Positions 15,289 to 24,265 of a stretch of DNA of 45,887 nucleotides are shown one piece after another. The notes under the pieces are model-generated. The model worked only from the letters and a program-made list of their open reading frames with translations, ran no database searches and was not told the DNA's origin. The position numbers were made by a program, and so were the translations under genes. This DNA comes from a virus. Within the stretch, counting starts at the first letter, position 1. Every line of letters starts with the position of its first letter. The stretch spans positions 1 through 45,887 of the IMG/VR virus record IMGVR_UViG_3300009285_000018, one strand, 5' to 3'.

Positions 15289-15340
15289 ATGAATATATTA
15301 TACCACAACTTGAACATTTTACCTTGTTGGTTGTGGATAA
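15289..15340 (-). promoter_or_regulatory. DnaA-box plus extended -10 promoter of the lysis cassette
   Basis: Read on the minus strand: TTATCCACA (15340..15332), N26, TGGTATAAT (15305..15297), N8, ATG (15288). Confidence 0.6.
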
Positions 15341-15341
15341 G

Positions 15342-15668
15342 TTATTTGGGTTTCACTTCTACGGTTTCAGCGTTAAGAACTCGTTTCACAAGCTCCACGG
15401 AGTGCTTATCGAATCCCTCAAATAAAGTAAAAGATTTTTGAATGGTACGATATTCTTCTTCTTCCAACAACATGAAGTCCTCTGGCGCGTCTTTGATTTT
15501 CTCTGCAAGTTTGTTTTGATTCATTAGCGCCATGGCATTCAGCTTTAAGGCCGGGATGAAAAGAAGCTCAATGATGGATTTTCGAACTTCGAAAGAAATT
15601 GTTTTTTCTCCTTCCGGTGACGAAATTGTTATGGGATAATTTTGAAGATTTATTTTTTTCATAATCAT
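15342..15668 (-). CDS. hypothetical protein
   Basis: The track start at 15686 is a TTG. The first ATG is at 15668. Confidence 0.5.
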   Translation of the reverse strand: MIMKKINLQNYPITISSPEGEKTISFEVRKSIIELLFIPALKLNAMALMNQNKLAEKIKDAPEDFMLLEEEEYRTIQKSFTLFEGFDKHSVELVKRVLNAETVEVKPK

Positions 15669-15672
15669 CTTT

Positions 15673-16779
15673 TTAATAATAAGCAAGATATTTAAGCACG
15701 CCAGCTACGTATATGGGAATTCGACCAGTGGCTGCTCCGCCACCTCCCGTAGGATCCGTTGCGTCGGCTGCTACGTTGATGATTGCTTGAATTGTTGCCG
15801 TGGTGAAATCTATTCCTACCGCCTTGCCACCTATTCCGGAATTGGCACATTCAATTCTGATGGCTTCAACGATTTGATTGTCAACGGCTCCGTCCCGATC
15901 CACATAGATACCCAATCCACTATTGGAATTAGAATTGCAATCCACAAAAAGTCCAGCCACTACCGCATTAGCGTCTTGCGTGATCCGTATGCCGAAACTA
16001 TTTGTGTCTGTGCCATTCTGCGTAACGTCAATTCCGGGATAAGTTCCGCCGCCAACCGTAATTGCGCCCGCCCCCGATCCGGACGCAGAAACGCTAATTC
16101 CCGCTCCGGTGCCGCCATGCGTAATGGTGATGGCGGAGGTGGATGCGCCGGCGATATTTATGGCCGTGGATCCGCCATCCGTAATATCTATACAAATTGA
16201 AGTTGACGGATTATCAATGGTGATACATTTGGCATCGCTTCCCAATGTTGATCCGACAATAAATTCAATGCCGCGGCGCGCGTCATTCTGAATATGAATC
16301 AACTGGTAGGCCGCGGTTGTTGCCGATCCATATGTAAGCCGATACACCACGTTTCCGGTGGAGTTATAAAGCAAGACTTGACGATTGCCTTGATCGAGAA
16401 TAATCCTTTCACCGGAGGCCGCTGATGAAATTGTGGTGGCGCCAATAGTCCATCCACCGATAGTGCCGGCGGTTGCAGTAATAGTTCCGGAGATTGAAAC
16501 GGTGGTTCCATCCCATTTAAGAAAACTTGTTCCATCTCCCAAAAACATTTTTACCGTGGCGTTCACAAGTCCAACCCAAAGTCCAGCCGTATTGTCGCTG
16601 TATCCTATTTTTTTAATAGAATAGGCGCGAGAAGACACTGCTTCCGCGCGGACCGTTTCAAACGCGCGCGAAGAAGCCCCATCGTGATTATGGGCTTCAT
16701 AGTCCAGCCGAAGCGCTAAAATCGCTTCACGCAGCGCTTCTGGAGTCGTGTCTATTTTGTAGGGATTGGTTTCGGGCAT
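15673..16779 (-). CDS. tail fibre/spike-like protein, glycine-rich and probably beta-helical
   Basis: Gly/Ala/Thr-rich repeats such as GGTGAGISVSASGSGAGAITVGGGTYPGIDV. Located in the tail module. I used the ATG at 16779; the track start at 16800 is a GTG that overlaps the HNH gene. Confidence 0.55.
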   Translation of the reverse strand: MPETNPYKIDTTPEALREAILALRLDYEAHNHDGASSRAFETVRAEAVSSRAYSIKKIGYSDNTAGLWVGLVNATVKMFLGDGTSFLKWDGTTVSISGTITATAGTIGGWTIGATTISSAASGERIILDQGNRQVLLYNSTGNVVYRLTYGSATTAAYQLIHIQNDARRGIEFIVGSTLGSDAKCITIDNPSTSICIDITDGGSTAINIAGASTSAITITHGGTGAGISVSASGSGAGAITVGGGTYPGIDVTQNGTDTNSFGIRITQDANAVVAGLFVDCNSNSNSGLGIYVDRDGAVDNQIVEAIRIECANSGIGGKAVGIDFTTATIQAIINVAADATDPTGGGGAATGRIPIYVAGVLKYLAYY

Positions 16780-16781
16780 AT

Positions 16782-17228
16782 TTAAGTAACGTGTTTCCAC
16801 GCAACATTATGTAAAATTCTCCAAACATTTGCTTGAGAAACTCCGAATAATTTAGCAATTTCGTATTGAGAATAATTTTCCTTACGATATAGATTTTTTA
16901 TTGTAAAGATATCTTTGTTTTTTAATTTTGCAAGTTTATGGTTTTCGCCCGGAAATGAGTGCCAGCGGCGCTTTTTGACACAGTCCAAAACGTTATCCTG
17001 TTGAGTACCTATAAAAAGGTGTTTTGGATTTACACATTTTCTATTATCGCATTTGTGGAGAACGCACATTCCTTCGGGAATTTTTCCAAAATGAAGCATC
17101 CAAGAAACTCTATGAGCATAATGAGGTTTTTTGGGAAAACGAAAGTAACCATATCCATGACCAGCATTTGCTCCTGTCCAATTCCAACAATTTTTTGTTT
17201 TTTTAATTTTGTTAAAAAAGTTTATCAT
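16782..17228 (-). CDS. free-standing HNH endonuclease (HNH_3-like) with a C-terminal HTH
   Basis: Contains CWNWTG...GYGYF...AHRVSW...CVLHKCDNRKCVNPKHLFIGTQQDN, and the C-terminal segment YEIAKLFGVSQANVWRIL. Confidence 0.8.
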   Translation of the reverse strand: MINFFNKIKKTKNCWNWTGANAGHGYGYFRFPKKPHYAHRVSWMLHFGKIPEGMCVLHKCDNRKCVNPKHLFIGTQQDNVLDCVKKRRWHSFPGENHKLAKLKNKDIFTIKNLYRKENYSQYEIAKLFGVSQANVWRILHNVAWKHVT

Positions 17229-19207
17229 ACTTCCAGCAAAATAATATTAGCGACGGACTCAGTGCGGTTCTGATCTGTGTTATTTATTTGTTCCCGTACA
17301 TCAGTCACAAATACAGTGTAGTTATTATCAATGGAATCCGCCGAAGTATAGGCGCGCGCCACCGTGCCTTTTTGGGATCGAGTAATTCCTTTGATAACTC
17401 CAGTATCAGCCGAAGTATAAGTCATCTCTTCCGCGGTGCCTGATTTTAAAACACGCAAACGTCCCTTGCGCGGCATCCATTGAGTTTTATCCACCCGAGC
17501 CGAAGTATTGGCCGAAGTCATGGCTGATACAAAATTGACCGAGAAAGAGTCAACGTCTTCGTACACCACGGTCCGTTTGGCCTCTTTTTCAAGCCAGAGA
17601 TCGGATACAAGCGATTTGCCATCGCGCTGTTCGCGTTGTTTATTTAAAAGCATCACCTCGTCTCCGGCATCGATTGAAAGAGACCAGCGTTTTTTCAGGT
17701 CGGGTACGGGCCGATATTCAAAAGTTACGTCATGCAGCGTCGGTGTTGTGGTTCCGGGACCTACAAGTTGCGCTTTCCAATTCCAAAGTTTTGTAATCAA
17801 TCCGGACGCTATATAAAATTGTTTTTTCTTAATGGCTCCGTCCGTGGCGAATTTTGAAGTTCCGAGCGAAGTAAAAGTTGCTCCGCCGTCAGTGGAGCGA
17901 TATATTTCAATAGTCTGACTCGCAGCCAGCGCGTCATGGTTAATACTTACGCTATTTACGAGTTTGTCCACGCCCCCGATTTGCGATCCAAATTCCGAAG
18001 ATACCACGTTTCCGGAAATCGCGTATTTCGTAATATCGGTATAAGCAATTTTTAGAAGCGTTCCGGTTATGGCAAAGGCGTAGGCGCGGTTGAAAAAATT
18101 AGCGAAAGGAGTGTATTGCACTGTGGCGAATTTTCCGTAAAGTCCCGGCGTCCATACTTCTCCGTCCCATTGCGCGCCTTTGGTTTGTAGATTTTCATTG
18201 AATATAAATGGCTTGGAGAAGTCATAGCTTGAATCCGCCAGTTGATCGTCAAAAATAGGCCATAAACGCGCGCCATTGAACGCAAAAGCCACGGAAAGGC
18301 CGTTAGACGTGCCGGATATCACCATAAGCGAGTAATAACGCGCTACGCCCCAATTTGTGAGGTCTTCCCATGTATAAATCAGATAAGCTCGTTCCGAGAA
18401 TTCATCCCATCGGTAAAGTTCTACTCGTCGGCCCTCTTCCACAAAAAAGTAAGGTGATCCGAAAAGATCTTCAATCTTTGAAATTTTTCTATTTTTCCCG
18501 GCTTGATATGCCGAAGTAAAGGCCGAAAGATTGGTCGCGTAATAAAGCACGTCTCCAGAAAGGGAGGTTACGCGCTCCCCCGAGTATGCGCGGATTCCGA
18601 TTCCTTTCACCGCGCGTACTATGGGGTTCGCGTTCCGGAATGCGGAAACCGCAGATCCGTTCCATCGCGCCATGGTTTTAAGTGTTCCGGACGTGCGCGT
18701 AAGTCCGATAAGCGTATCATTTTTAAAACGCGACATTGAATTTACCGCGCTGATGCCGGCATAGGCGGAGGGCGTGGAGAGGACGCCGGCCGAAGTGATT
18801 TTAAAAAGTTTGGCAGTCCCGGCCTTTATTGAGCCGAGCAGAAGTTCGCCATTATTGACGTTGTGCGCTCCATATTTGTAAGATCCGGAAATAGAAATTG
18901 CCGAAGTGAATCCGTTTTGCAAAGTTATTTTTCCGAATTCTCCCAAAACATCCACGGCCTGACCATCTTTGAAAGTTGCCTTGTCCTCCCATTTAAGTTT
19001 GTGAAATCCGCCGGACCAATCTGTTTGCGTCCAGTAACTCCAGCCGGATCCGGCTAATGAAGCATACGAAATATCGCCAGCGCCCACTTGATTCGCAAGC
19101 GCCGGAGCAACTTCCTTAACGTAACGCGGCTGGGAGGGAGCGCCACGAAGCATAAATCCTTTGTTGTTGATTGCTACGTGATAAAGTGATCTGACTCCGG
19201 TTGGCAT
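17225..19207 (-). CDS. large tail/baseplate-like structural protein
   Basis: 660-aa ORF in the tail module. I recognised no motif. Confidence 0.45.
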   Translation of the reverse strand: MPTGVRSLYHVAINNKGFMLRGAPSQPRYVKEVAPALANQVGAGDISYASLAGSGWSYWTQTDWSGGFHKLKWEDKATFKDGQAVDVLGEFGKITLQNGFTSAISISGSYKYGAHNVNNGELLLGSIKAGTAKLFKITSAGVLSTPSAYAGISAVNSMSRFKNDTLIGLTRTSGTLKTMARWNGSAVSAFRNANPIVRAVKGIGIRAYSGERVTSLSGDVLYYATNLSAFTSAYQAGKNRKISKIEDLFGSPYFFVEEGRRVELYRWDEFSERAYLIYTWEDLTNWGVARYYSLMVISGTSNGLSVAFAFNGARLWPIFDDQLADSSYDFSKPFIFNENLQTKGAQWDGEVWTPGLYGKFATVQYTPFANFFNRAYAFAITGTLLKIAYTDITKYAISGNVVSSEFGSQIGGVDKLVNSVSINHDALAASQTIEIYRSTDGGATFTSLGTSKFATDGAIKKKQFYIASGLITKLWNWKAQLVGPGTTTPTLHDVTFEYRPVPDLKKRWSLSIDAGDEVMLLNKQREQRDGKSLVSDLWLEKEAKRTVVYEDVDSFSVNFVSAMTSANTSARVDKTQWMPRKGRLRVLKSGTAEEMTYTSADTGVIKGITRSQKGTVARAYTSADSIDNNYTVFVTDVREQINNTDQNRTESVANIILLEV

Positions 19208-19210
19208 AAA

Positions 19211-20062
19211 TTATGCTACGCCTCCGCCGTCGATATGATAACTCATGTCTTTGGCCGGGCGAGTTGGTTTTTTACGACGCGCAAATAAATCAAATTCGGT
19301 ACTAAGATCGTTGGCCATGGTGCGTAGATTGGTGAAAGAGAAATGTCCCTCGTCCACCGTAGCCGCGCCTTGCGTGGCTATTTTTCCGGCCAGTGACCGG
19401 TAAAATTTCGCCCCGGTAAATTTCTTTACGCCCTCAATCCAGTCGTTTGCAACGTCAAGGGTGGCGGATGTAGCGGTATAAGTTTGCATGTTGCGCAGAT
19501 ATGAAATTGCCAGACGATTGGCGGTGGATGGTTTATTGCCAAGCACCATTTTATTGGCATCCTGTTGATAACTCCAATTTATGCCAAGTTTTCTGAATCC
19601 TCCGGAAACGGTTGCATTATCTGATTCAAGAACTTCATAAAGATCGATACAGGCCGAAGGACCCGAGTAAACCCGCACGTTGGCCGAAATTCGCATTATG
19701 GCCGTATTGCGCACCACTTGCCGGAAAAATCCGCGCGCGTTCATCTCTTCAATTCCTTGATTGATTGCTTCCGCCCAATGCCTGTCGCGCCAATGCGCGT
19801 ATTTATGTTGAGATTTGATAGTTTGAGAAGTGGATGGCGTAAAAAGCGTGGTTAAGTTTCCATTATCGAGATCGTAATTATAACCCGAGTTTTCCACAAG
19901 GGCGCTGGTGTTGCGAAGCACCGTATAACTTCCTTCGATCACGGGAAATTTTCCTACATTAAATACAGTTGAAGATGCGTCTCCGGCCTTGGAAACCTGC
20001 ACGCTTTTGCCTATATCTCCGAATTCGCGGCGGCATTGGGTTATAAGAGCAGATGTAATCAT
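19211..20062 (-). CDS. hypothetical structural protein
   Basis: 283-aa ORF with its own TGATATAAT promoter 6 nt upstream. Confidence 0.45.
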   Translation of the reverse strand: MITSALITQCRREFGDIGKSVQVSKAGDASSTVFNVGKFPVIEGSYTVLRNTSALVENSGYNYDLDNGNLTTLFTPSTSQTIKSQHKYAHWRDRHWAEAINQGIEEMNARGFFRQVVRNTAIMRISANVRVYSGPSACIDLYEVLESDNATVSGGFRKLGINWSYQQDANKMVLGNKPSTANRLAISYLRNMQTYTATSATLDVANDWIEGVKKFTGAKFYRSLAGKIATQGAATVDEGHFSFTNLRTMANDLSTEFDLFARRKKPTRPAKDMSYHIDGGGVA

Positions 20063-20077
20063 AAGTATATTATATCA
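20063..20077 (-). promoter_or_regulatory. extended -10 promoter, TGATATAAT
   Basis: Read on the minus strand: TGATATAAT (20077..20069), N6, ATG (20062). The TGA stop of the upstream gene forms the TGn of the element. Confidence 0.5.
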
Positions 20078-21817
20078 CGAAATAGCCGAGTCATCCATTG
20101 GTTTGGGCCAACTTTGCTCATCCGAATTTAATGGAAGCGGATACAACTGCTGGTCTGACCGCATATATACAAGATTGGTTGCCGGCGGAGTTATGGTAAG
20201 AGTTTTGGATTCTGCCACTGCTACCGCATCACTGACGTTGATATTTCCAAGTTGACCAGTAAATGAAGTTGATTCGGCGATGGCGATGGCGTCGCTCACT
20301 GAAATATTGCCAAGCGCGGTGTTTGTAATCGTTACTGATTCGGCGATGGCGATGGCGTCACTCACTGAAATATTGCCAAGCGCGGTGTTTGTAATCGTTA
20401 TCGATTCGGCGATGGCGATGGCGTCACTCACTGAAATATTGCCAAGCGCGGTGTTTGTAATCGTTATCGATTCGGCAACAGTTACGGAATCCGATACGTT
20501 AATCAAAGACACAAATACCAAATTCACCGATTCGGCGATGGCGATGGCGTCACTCACTGAAATATTGCCAAGCGCGGTGTTTGTAATCGTTATCGATTCG
20601 GCGATGGCGATGGCGTCACTCACTGAAATATTGCCAAGCGCGGTGTTTGTAATCGTTATCGATTCGGCAACAGTTACGGAATCCGATACGTTAATCAAAG
20701 ACACAAATACCAAATTCACCGATTCGGCGATGGCGATGGCGTCACTCACTGAAATATTGCCAAGCGCGGTGTTTGTAATCGTTATCGATTCGGCGATGGC
20801 GATGGCGTCACTGACACTGATGCTGTTTGTGAAAAGAAGAGTAACCGATTCAGCTGTTGCAATCGCGTCGCTCACTGAAATATTGCCAAGCGCGGTGTTT
20901 GTAATCGTTACTGATTCGGCGATGGCCACCGCGTCGTTGACGTTGACGTTGTAAATAAGAGTGATGGTTATAGATTCTGCCACCGTCACGGCATCGCTGA
21001 CGTTGATGTTGTTGTCAAGAATTATAGTATATTCTTCCGTGGTCTGTACCGTAGCGCTGCCATTATTTCCGCCAAAATTTAATCCAGCTGCTTGAGTTCC
21101 AGTTCCACCAATATAAAATCTTGCGGTGCAATTACCTCCCGCCGACCATGATGTTCCGTTATATTCCTCCGTCGTAACTTTAACTCCGCCATTCTGTCCG
21201 CTGAAACTCAACGCGGCATCTTGAAGACCCGCACCGCCCAAACCTCGTCTTGCAACAGCCATATCACCCCCAGCAGACCAAGAAGTGCCGTTATATTCCT
21301 CGGTAGATACAAGATTATCAACTAAATATCCCCCGAAACATAATCCAGCGGTTTGAGTTCCAGCTCCAGCTGTTTGTTGTCTCGCAGTAGTCAAATTACC
21401 TCCAGCCGCCCAAGACGTTCCGTCATATTCTTCAGTAGTTGCAAGTTCGTCTCCTGCAAAACTTAATCCAGCAGTTTGAGTTCCGCATCCACCTCCTCCA
21501 CCTCTGGCAGTACCCAAATTTCCTCCAGCCCCCCAAGCCGCTCCGTCATATTCCTCTGTGGTATTATCGGCTGTACCTCCGCCCGTATATCCTCCAATAC
21601 ATAATCCAGCTGTTTGAGTTCCAGCCCCACTCGTCAAATGTTTTTGTTCTGAAAGGTCGCCTCCAGCCGCCCAAGCAGCGCCATCGTATTCCTCGGTATT
21701 CACATAATTGGTAGTACCAGACCTCCCTCCAAATCCAAGTCCCGCGGTCTGGGTGCCAGCTCCGCCCATCCCCTGTCTCGCTGTTGCTATATTACCTCCA
21801 GCTGTCCAAGCTCCCAT
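20075..21817 (-). CDS. tail fibre with an N-terminal Kelch-like beta-propeller repeat domain and a C-terminal tandem-repeat shaft
   Basis: About six ~45-aa blades follow the pattern TEEYDG..W..GG.L..AR....G.GTQTAGL.FGG. These are followed by about 14 units of 20-22 aa, ITNTALGNISVSDAIAIAES. Confidence 0.65.
   Translation of the reverse strand: MGAWTAGGNIATARQGMGGAGTQTAGLGFGGRSGTTNYVNTEEYDGAAWAAGGDLSEQKHLTSGAGTQTAGLCIGGYTGGGTADNTTEEYDGAAWGAGGNLGTARGGGGGCGTQTAGLSFAGDELATTEEYDGTSWAAGGNLTTARQQTAGAGTQTAGLCFGGYLVDNLVSTEEYNGTSWSAGGDMAVARRGLGGAGLQDAALSFSGQNGGVKVTTEEYNGTSWSAGGNCTARFYIGGTGTQAAGLNFGGNNGSATVQTTEEYTIILDNNINVSDAVTVAESITITLIYNVNVNDAVAIAESVTITNTALGNISVSDAIATAESVTLLFTNSISVSDAIAIAESITITNTALGNISVSDAIAIAESVNLVFVSLINVSDSVTVAESITITNTALGNISVSDAIAIAESITITNTALGNISVSDAIAIAESVNLVFVSLINVSDSVTVAESITITNTALGNISVSDAIAIAESITITNTALGNISVSDAIAIAESVTITNTALGNISVSDAIAIAESTSFTGQLGNINVSDAVAVAESKTLTITPPATNLVYMRSDQQLYPLPLNSDEQSWPKPMDDSAIS
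20280..20921. repeat. In-frame tandem DNA repeats inside the fibre gene: 66-bp units and a perfect 192-bp higher-order duplication
   Basis: 66-bp units begin at 20280, 20346, 20412, 20538, 20604, 20730 and 20856. The blocks 20346..20537 and 20538..20729 read identically. Confidence 0.85.
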
Positions 21818-21822
21818 ATATT

Positions 21823-22560
21823 TTAAGATTTATTAACGCTATATTCCTGTCTTATTTTCTTTTGAATCTGATTATCAAAATCTTTTAGAACGCTATCTAA
21901 AATTCCATTCTTAATACAGAACAAAATTCCGCTTCGCAGTTGTCCCATTAAATTCTGCCTTTCAGGAATACTTCCATGATTGCCCATTAAAATTGACTGT
22001 CTAATCCAGCGTTTAGTATAAGAAATGAGCTGGTGATTATCCACGTCTGCCAATTCTTCTATGCTCATCCGCTGAGCTTCTCTATTCTTAATATCTGACC
22101 ACTGTTTTAATTCCACAATTCTGGCTTTAGCGGTTCGTTCCTGATTTTTGGCAATAAACATTTTCTTTTCTTTTTCTATCTCTAACAATTCTCTTTCCAA
22201 ATCATCCTTTTCTTCGGATATTTTTTTATCAAGAATTTTAATCTCTACAAGATTTTTCCGATACTCGTAAGAAAGCATAACTAACTCTTGAAACATCACA
22301 TTCTGTTCCCGTACCGATTGCCAGTATTTTCCCGCGGGTGTCGGAAACTTAATCTCATTCAAAACCGAAATTTCCATTTCTGTTCTGGTACGAAACATCT
22401 GAACCTTGACAAATGTTTCTTTTAATTCCTCGGACATATCGCTCAAATCCTTAATATCATTCTCGGTCAAAATGTTGGATTGAGAAATAATGCTGAATGG
22501 CGTTTCATCGTATTCTCCTTTCAACACCATGTCTTTTGTCGTTCTGTTAAATATGTTCAT
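21823..22560 (-). CDS. hypothetical coiled-coil protein
   Basis: 245-aa ORF rich in E, K and heptad-like segments. Confidence 0.5.
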   Translation of the reverse strand: MNIFNRTTKDMVLKGEYDETPFSIISQSNILTENDIKDLSDMSEELKETFVKVQMFRTRTEMEISVLNEIKFPTPAGKYWQSVREQNVMFQELVMLSYEYRKNLVEIKILDKKISEEKDDLERELLEIEKEKKMFIAKNQERTAKARIVELKQWSDIKNREAQRMSIEELADVDNHQLISYTKRWIRQSILMGNHGSIPERQNLMGQLRSGILFCIKNGILDSVLKDFDNQIQKKIRQEYSVNKS

Positions 22561-22575
22561 AAAAATAAAACCGCA

Positions 22576-22800
22576 TCAAAAAGACGCGGCAGTTAAACTT
22601 CCTGTGTTGTTGGGGGTTGGGGGGATGGCAAAACGAGTGGTCGAAATAATGTCCGCGAAAGATGGAAAGAATTTCTCAACCGGAAAGAGTATTTTTTTAA
22701 TAGAAAATCCGCGCCTTGGCTTTTGTGGCTGATTGTCTGAAACTTTTACAGTTTCAGACACAAGTATAGAAAGAGTTTTTGGCTCAACCGATTTTTTCAT
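22576..22800 (-). CDS. hypothetical small protein
   Basis: 74-aa ORF on the same strand as its neighbours. Confidence 0.4.
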   Translation of the reverse strand: MKKSVEPKTLSILVSETVKVSDNQPQKPRRGFSIKKILFPVEKFFPSFADIISTTRFAIPPTPNNTGSLTAASF

Positions 22801-22987
22801 GGGTGTTAATAGTTTCTCCTACTCTTACTTCAATGGTTTGTTGCCGGCAACGCGGACATTCATCGAAACAAATCGGACACCATCCGCTCCGGCACTCTGG
22901 ACACCATTCTCCTTTCATTTTACCACACTTTTCACACATATCAAAATCCGAGGGTTTTGGGATCTTGCAGTGGAAACTGCCGCCCAT
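22784..22987 (-). CDS. small cysteine-rich zinc-finger protein
   Basis: CEKCGKMKGEWCPECRSGWCPICFDECPRCRQ contains four CxxC pairs. I used the ATG at 22987; the track start is a TTG. Confidence 0.45.
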   Translation of the reverse strand: MGGSFHCKIPKPSDFDMCEKCGKMKGEWCPECRSGWCPICFDECPRCRQQTIEVRVGETINTHEKIG

Positions 22988-23744
22988 TCTCGTCAATATG
23001 CTTTACGAATATATTTGTGTCTATAAGAAAAGGATACTTCATTTTTTGGTATTTCGTCCAGCCGGCCTTCTCAAAAAATTTATCCTTTATAACCCGGTCG
23101 CACCATGCCAAATCCGAAGTTCCGGAGACCAAATGGAAGCTGCCGGTTTCGGGATCAAGCCATTTTTTTTCCGGCATCTCAAACACCCGGCGCGTGCGTT
23201 CCCCTCCAACCATATATTCCGAACTTTCTTCCCACATGGCTTTTAAAATAGAGCAGTGGATCAAAAGGCATCCGGTCGGCGCGCCATCAACCCACACCAA
23301 GTCCCCCATTTTCCAGTCCTGATAAAATGATTTTCCCCGACCACGATACACCAAAGGCTCGGGTGGATTTGATTTTGTAAAATAAAGTCCGGATACTACC
23401 GGCACCTTGCCGTCGCGCATATATTTGTTCAGGCGTACGAATGCGTCCGGTGGCAATAGATTGTCCGATTCAACCAAAAGCAGCCATTCCATTTCTTTTT
23501 CTATGGCGGCCCGCACAATCAAATTCTGCGCGTCAGCCACAAGATAACGGAGCGGCGCAAAGGTGGAAATCCATTGAATCATGTCAGTTGCGGACCAGTT
23601 GGTCGGAATAATTTGTCCGTAGCGCGCCATCACCCATTCCATACGTACTGTGCCGGTCGAAGGCGTGCCAATCAAAAGCCGGTTGGTCCATGGACCCTTA
23701 TTTTCAAGGATCAGATTGTTTTCCATTTTGAGAAGTTTACTCAT
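22941..23744 (-). CDS. GT-A fold glycosyltransferase (family 2-like)
   Basis: Contains LLLVESDNLLPPDAF (a DxD-like motif), VVSGLYF and PTGCLLIHCSIL. Confidence 0.55.
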   Translation of the reverse strand: MSKLLKMENNLILENKGPWTNRLLIGTPSTGTVRMEWVMARYGQIIPTNWSATDMIQWISTFAPLRYLVADAQNLIVRAAIEKEMEWLLLVESDNLLPPDAFVRLNKYMRDGKVPVVSGLYFTKSNPPEPLVYRGRGKSFYQDWKMGDLVWVDGAPTGCLLIHCSILKAMWEESSEYMVGGERTRRVFEMPEKKWLDPETGSFHLVSGTSDLAWCDRVIKDKFFEKAGWTKYQKMKYPFLIDTNIFVKHIDENGRQFPLQDPKTLGF

Positions 23745-24261
23745 AATATGATGAATCTTCTTTACGCTTCTCTAAAACAACTTCCATGTTTCCGTTTAAA
23801 TGCCATGTGTTGACAAGAATTTTCCATGGTTTCGGTTTATAAATTTTGTAAAGTCCCTGTCCCAAAGGATCAAAATAATCCCACGTGGATTCGTTACACG
23901 GATTGCAGTGCGTGGGATCTTGAAAATATCCATGGGAGCCGGCGTAGGGCGTAGAAATCATGAATTTACCCCCATATTTGAGTACGCGCCACACCTCATC
24001 CATAAAGCGCAAAAACACCCCGCCATGCGGGTTTATATGCTCAACAAGGTGCGATGCTATGGCTAAATAAGCGCAACGGTCAGGAAGAGGCCAAGGGAAG
24101 CGTTCTACATCGTGCGCAACATCCACCCCGGGAAGTTTACGGTTATCAAGACCAACAAAATCAGGCTGCTTATTGGCGCCGCATCCAATATCTAATTTTA
24201 TCCCTTGATCGTGTTTCCGCAATAAAGCGGCAATCAAAGGACTCATCTTTTCTTTACTCAT
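23737..24261 (-). CDS. class I SAM-dependent methyltransferase
   Basis: Contains motif I LDIGCG, and LKYGGKFMISTP. There is no DPPY/NPPY motif, so it is not an obvious DNA N6-methyltransferase. Confidence 0.7.
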   Translation of the reverse strand: MSKEKMSPLIAALLRKHDQGIKLDIGCGANKQPDFVGLDNRKLPGVDVAHDVERFPWPLPDRCAYLAIASHLVEHINPHGGVFLRFMDEVWRVLKYGGKFMISTPYAGSHGYFQDPTHCNPCNESTWDYFDPLGQGLYKIYKPKPWKILVNTWHLNGNMEVVLEKRKEDSSYYE

Positions 24262-24265
24262 CTTT

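Noticed and set aside
20280-20954. 224-aa plus-strand ORF (MAMASLTEILPSAVFVIV... repeated), and a CRISPR-like first impression from the 66-bp repeats
   Set aside because: It is the antisense frame of the fibre gene. It stays open only because the repeat unit has no stop codon in that frame. The repeats are contiguous with no unique spacers, and they are in frame with a coherent 580-aa fibre protein on the minus strand, so this is not a CRISPR array.
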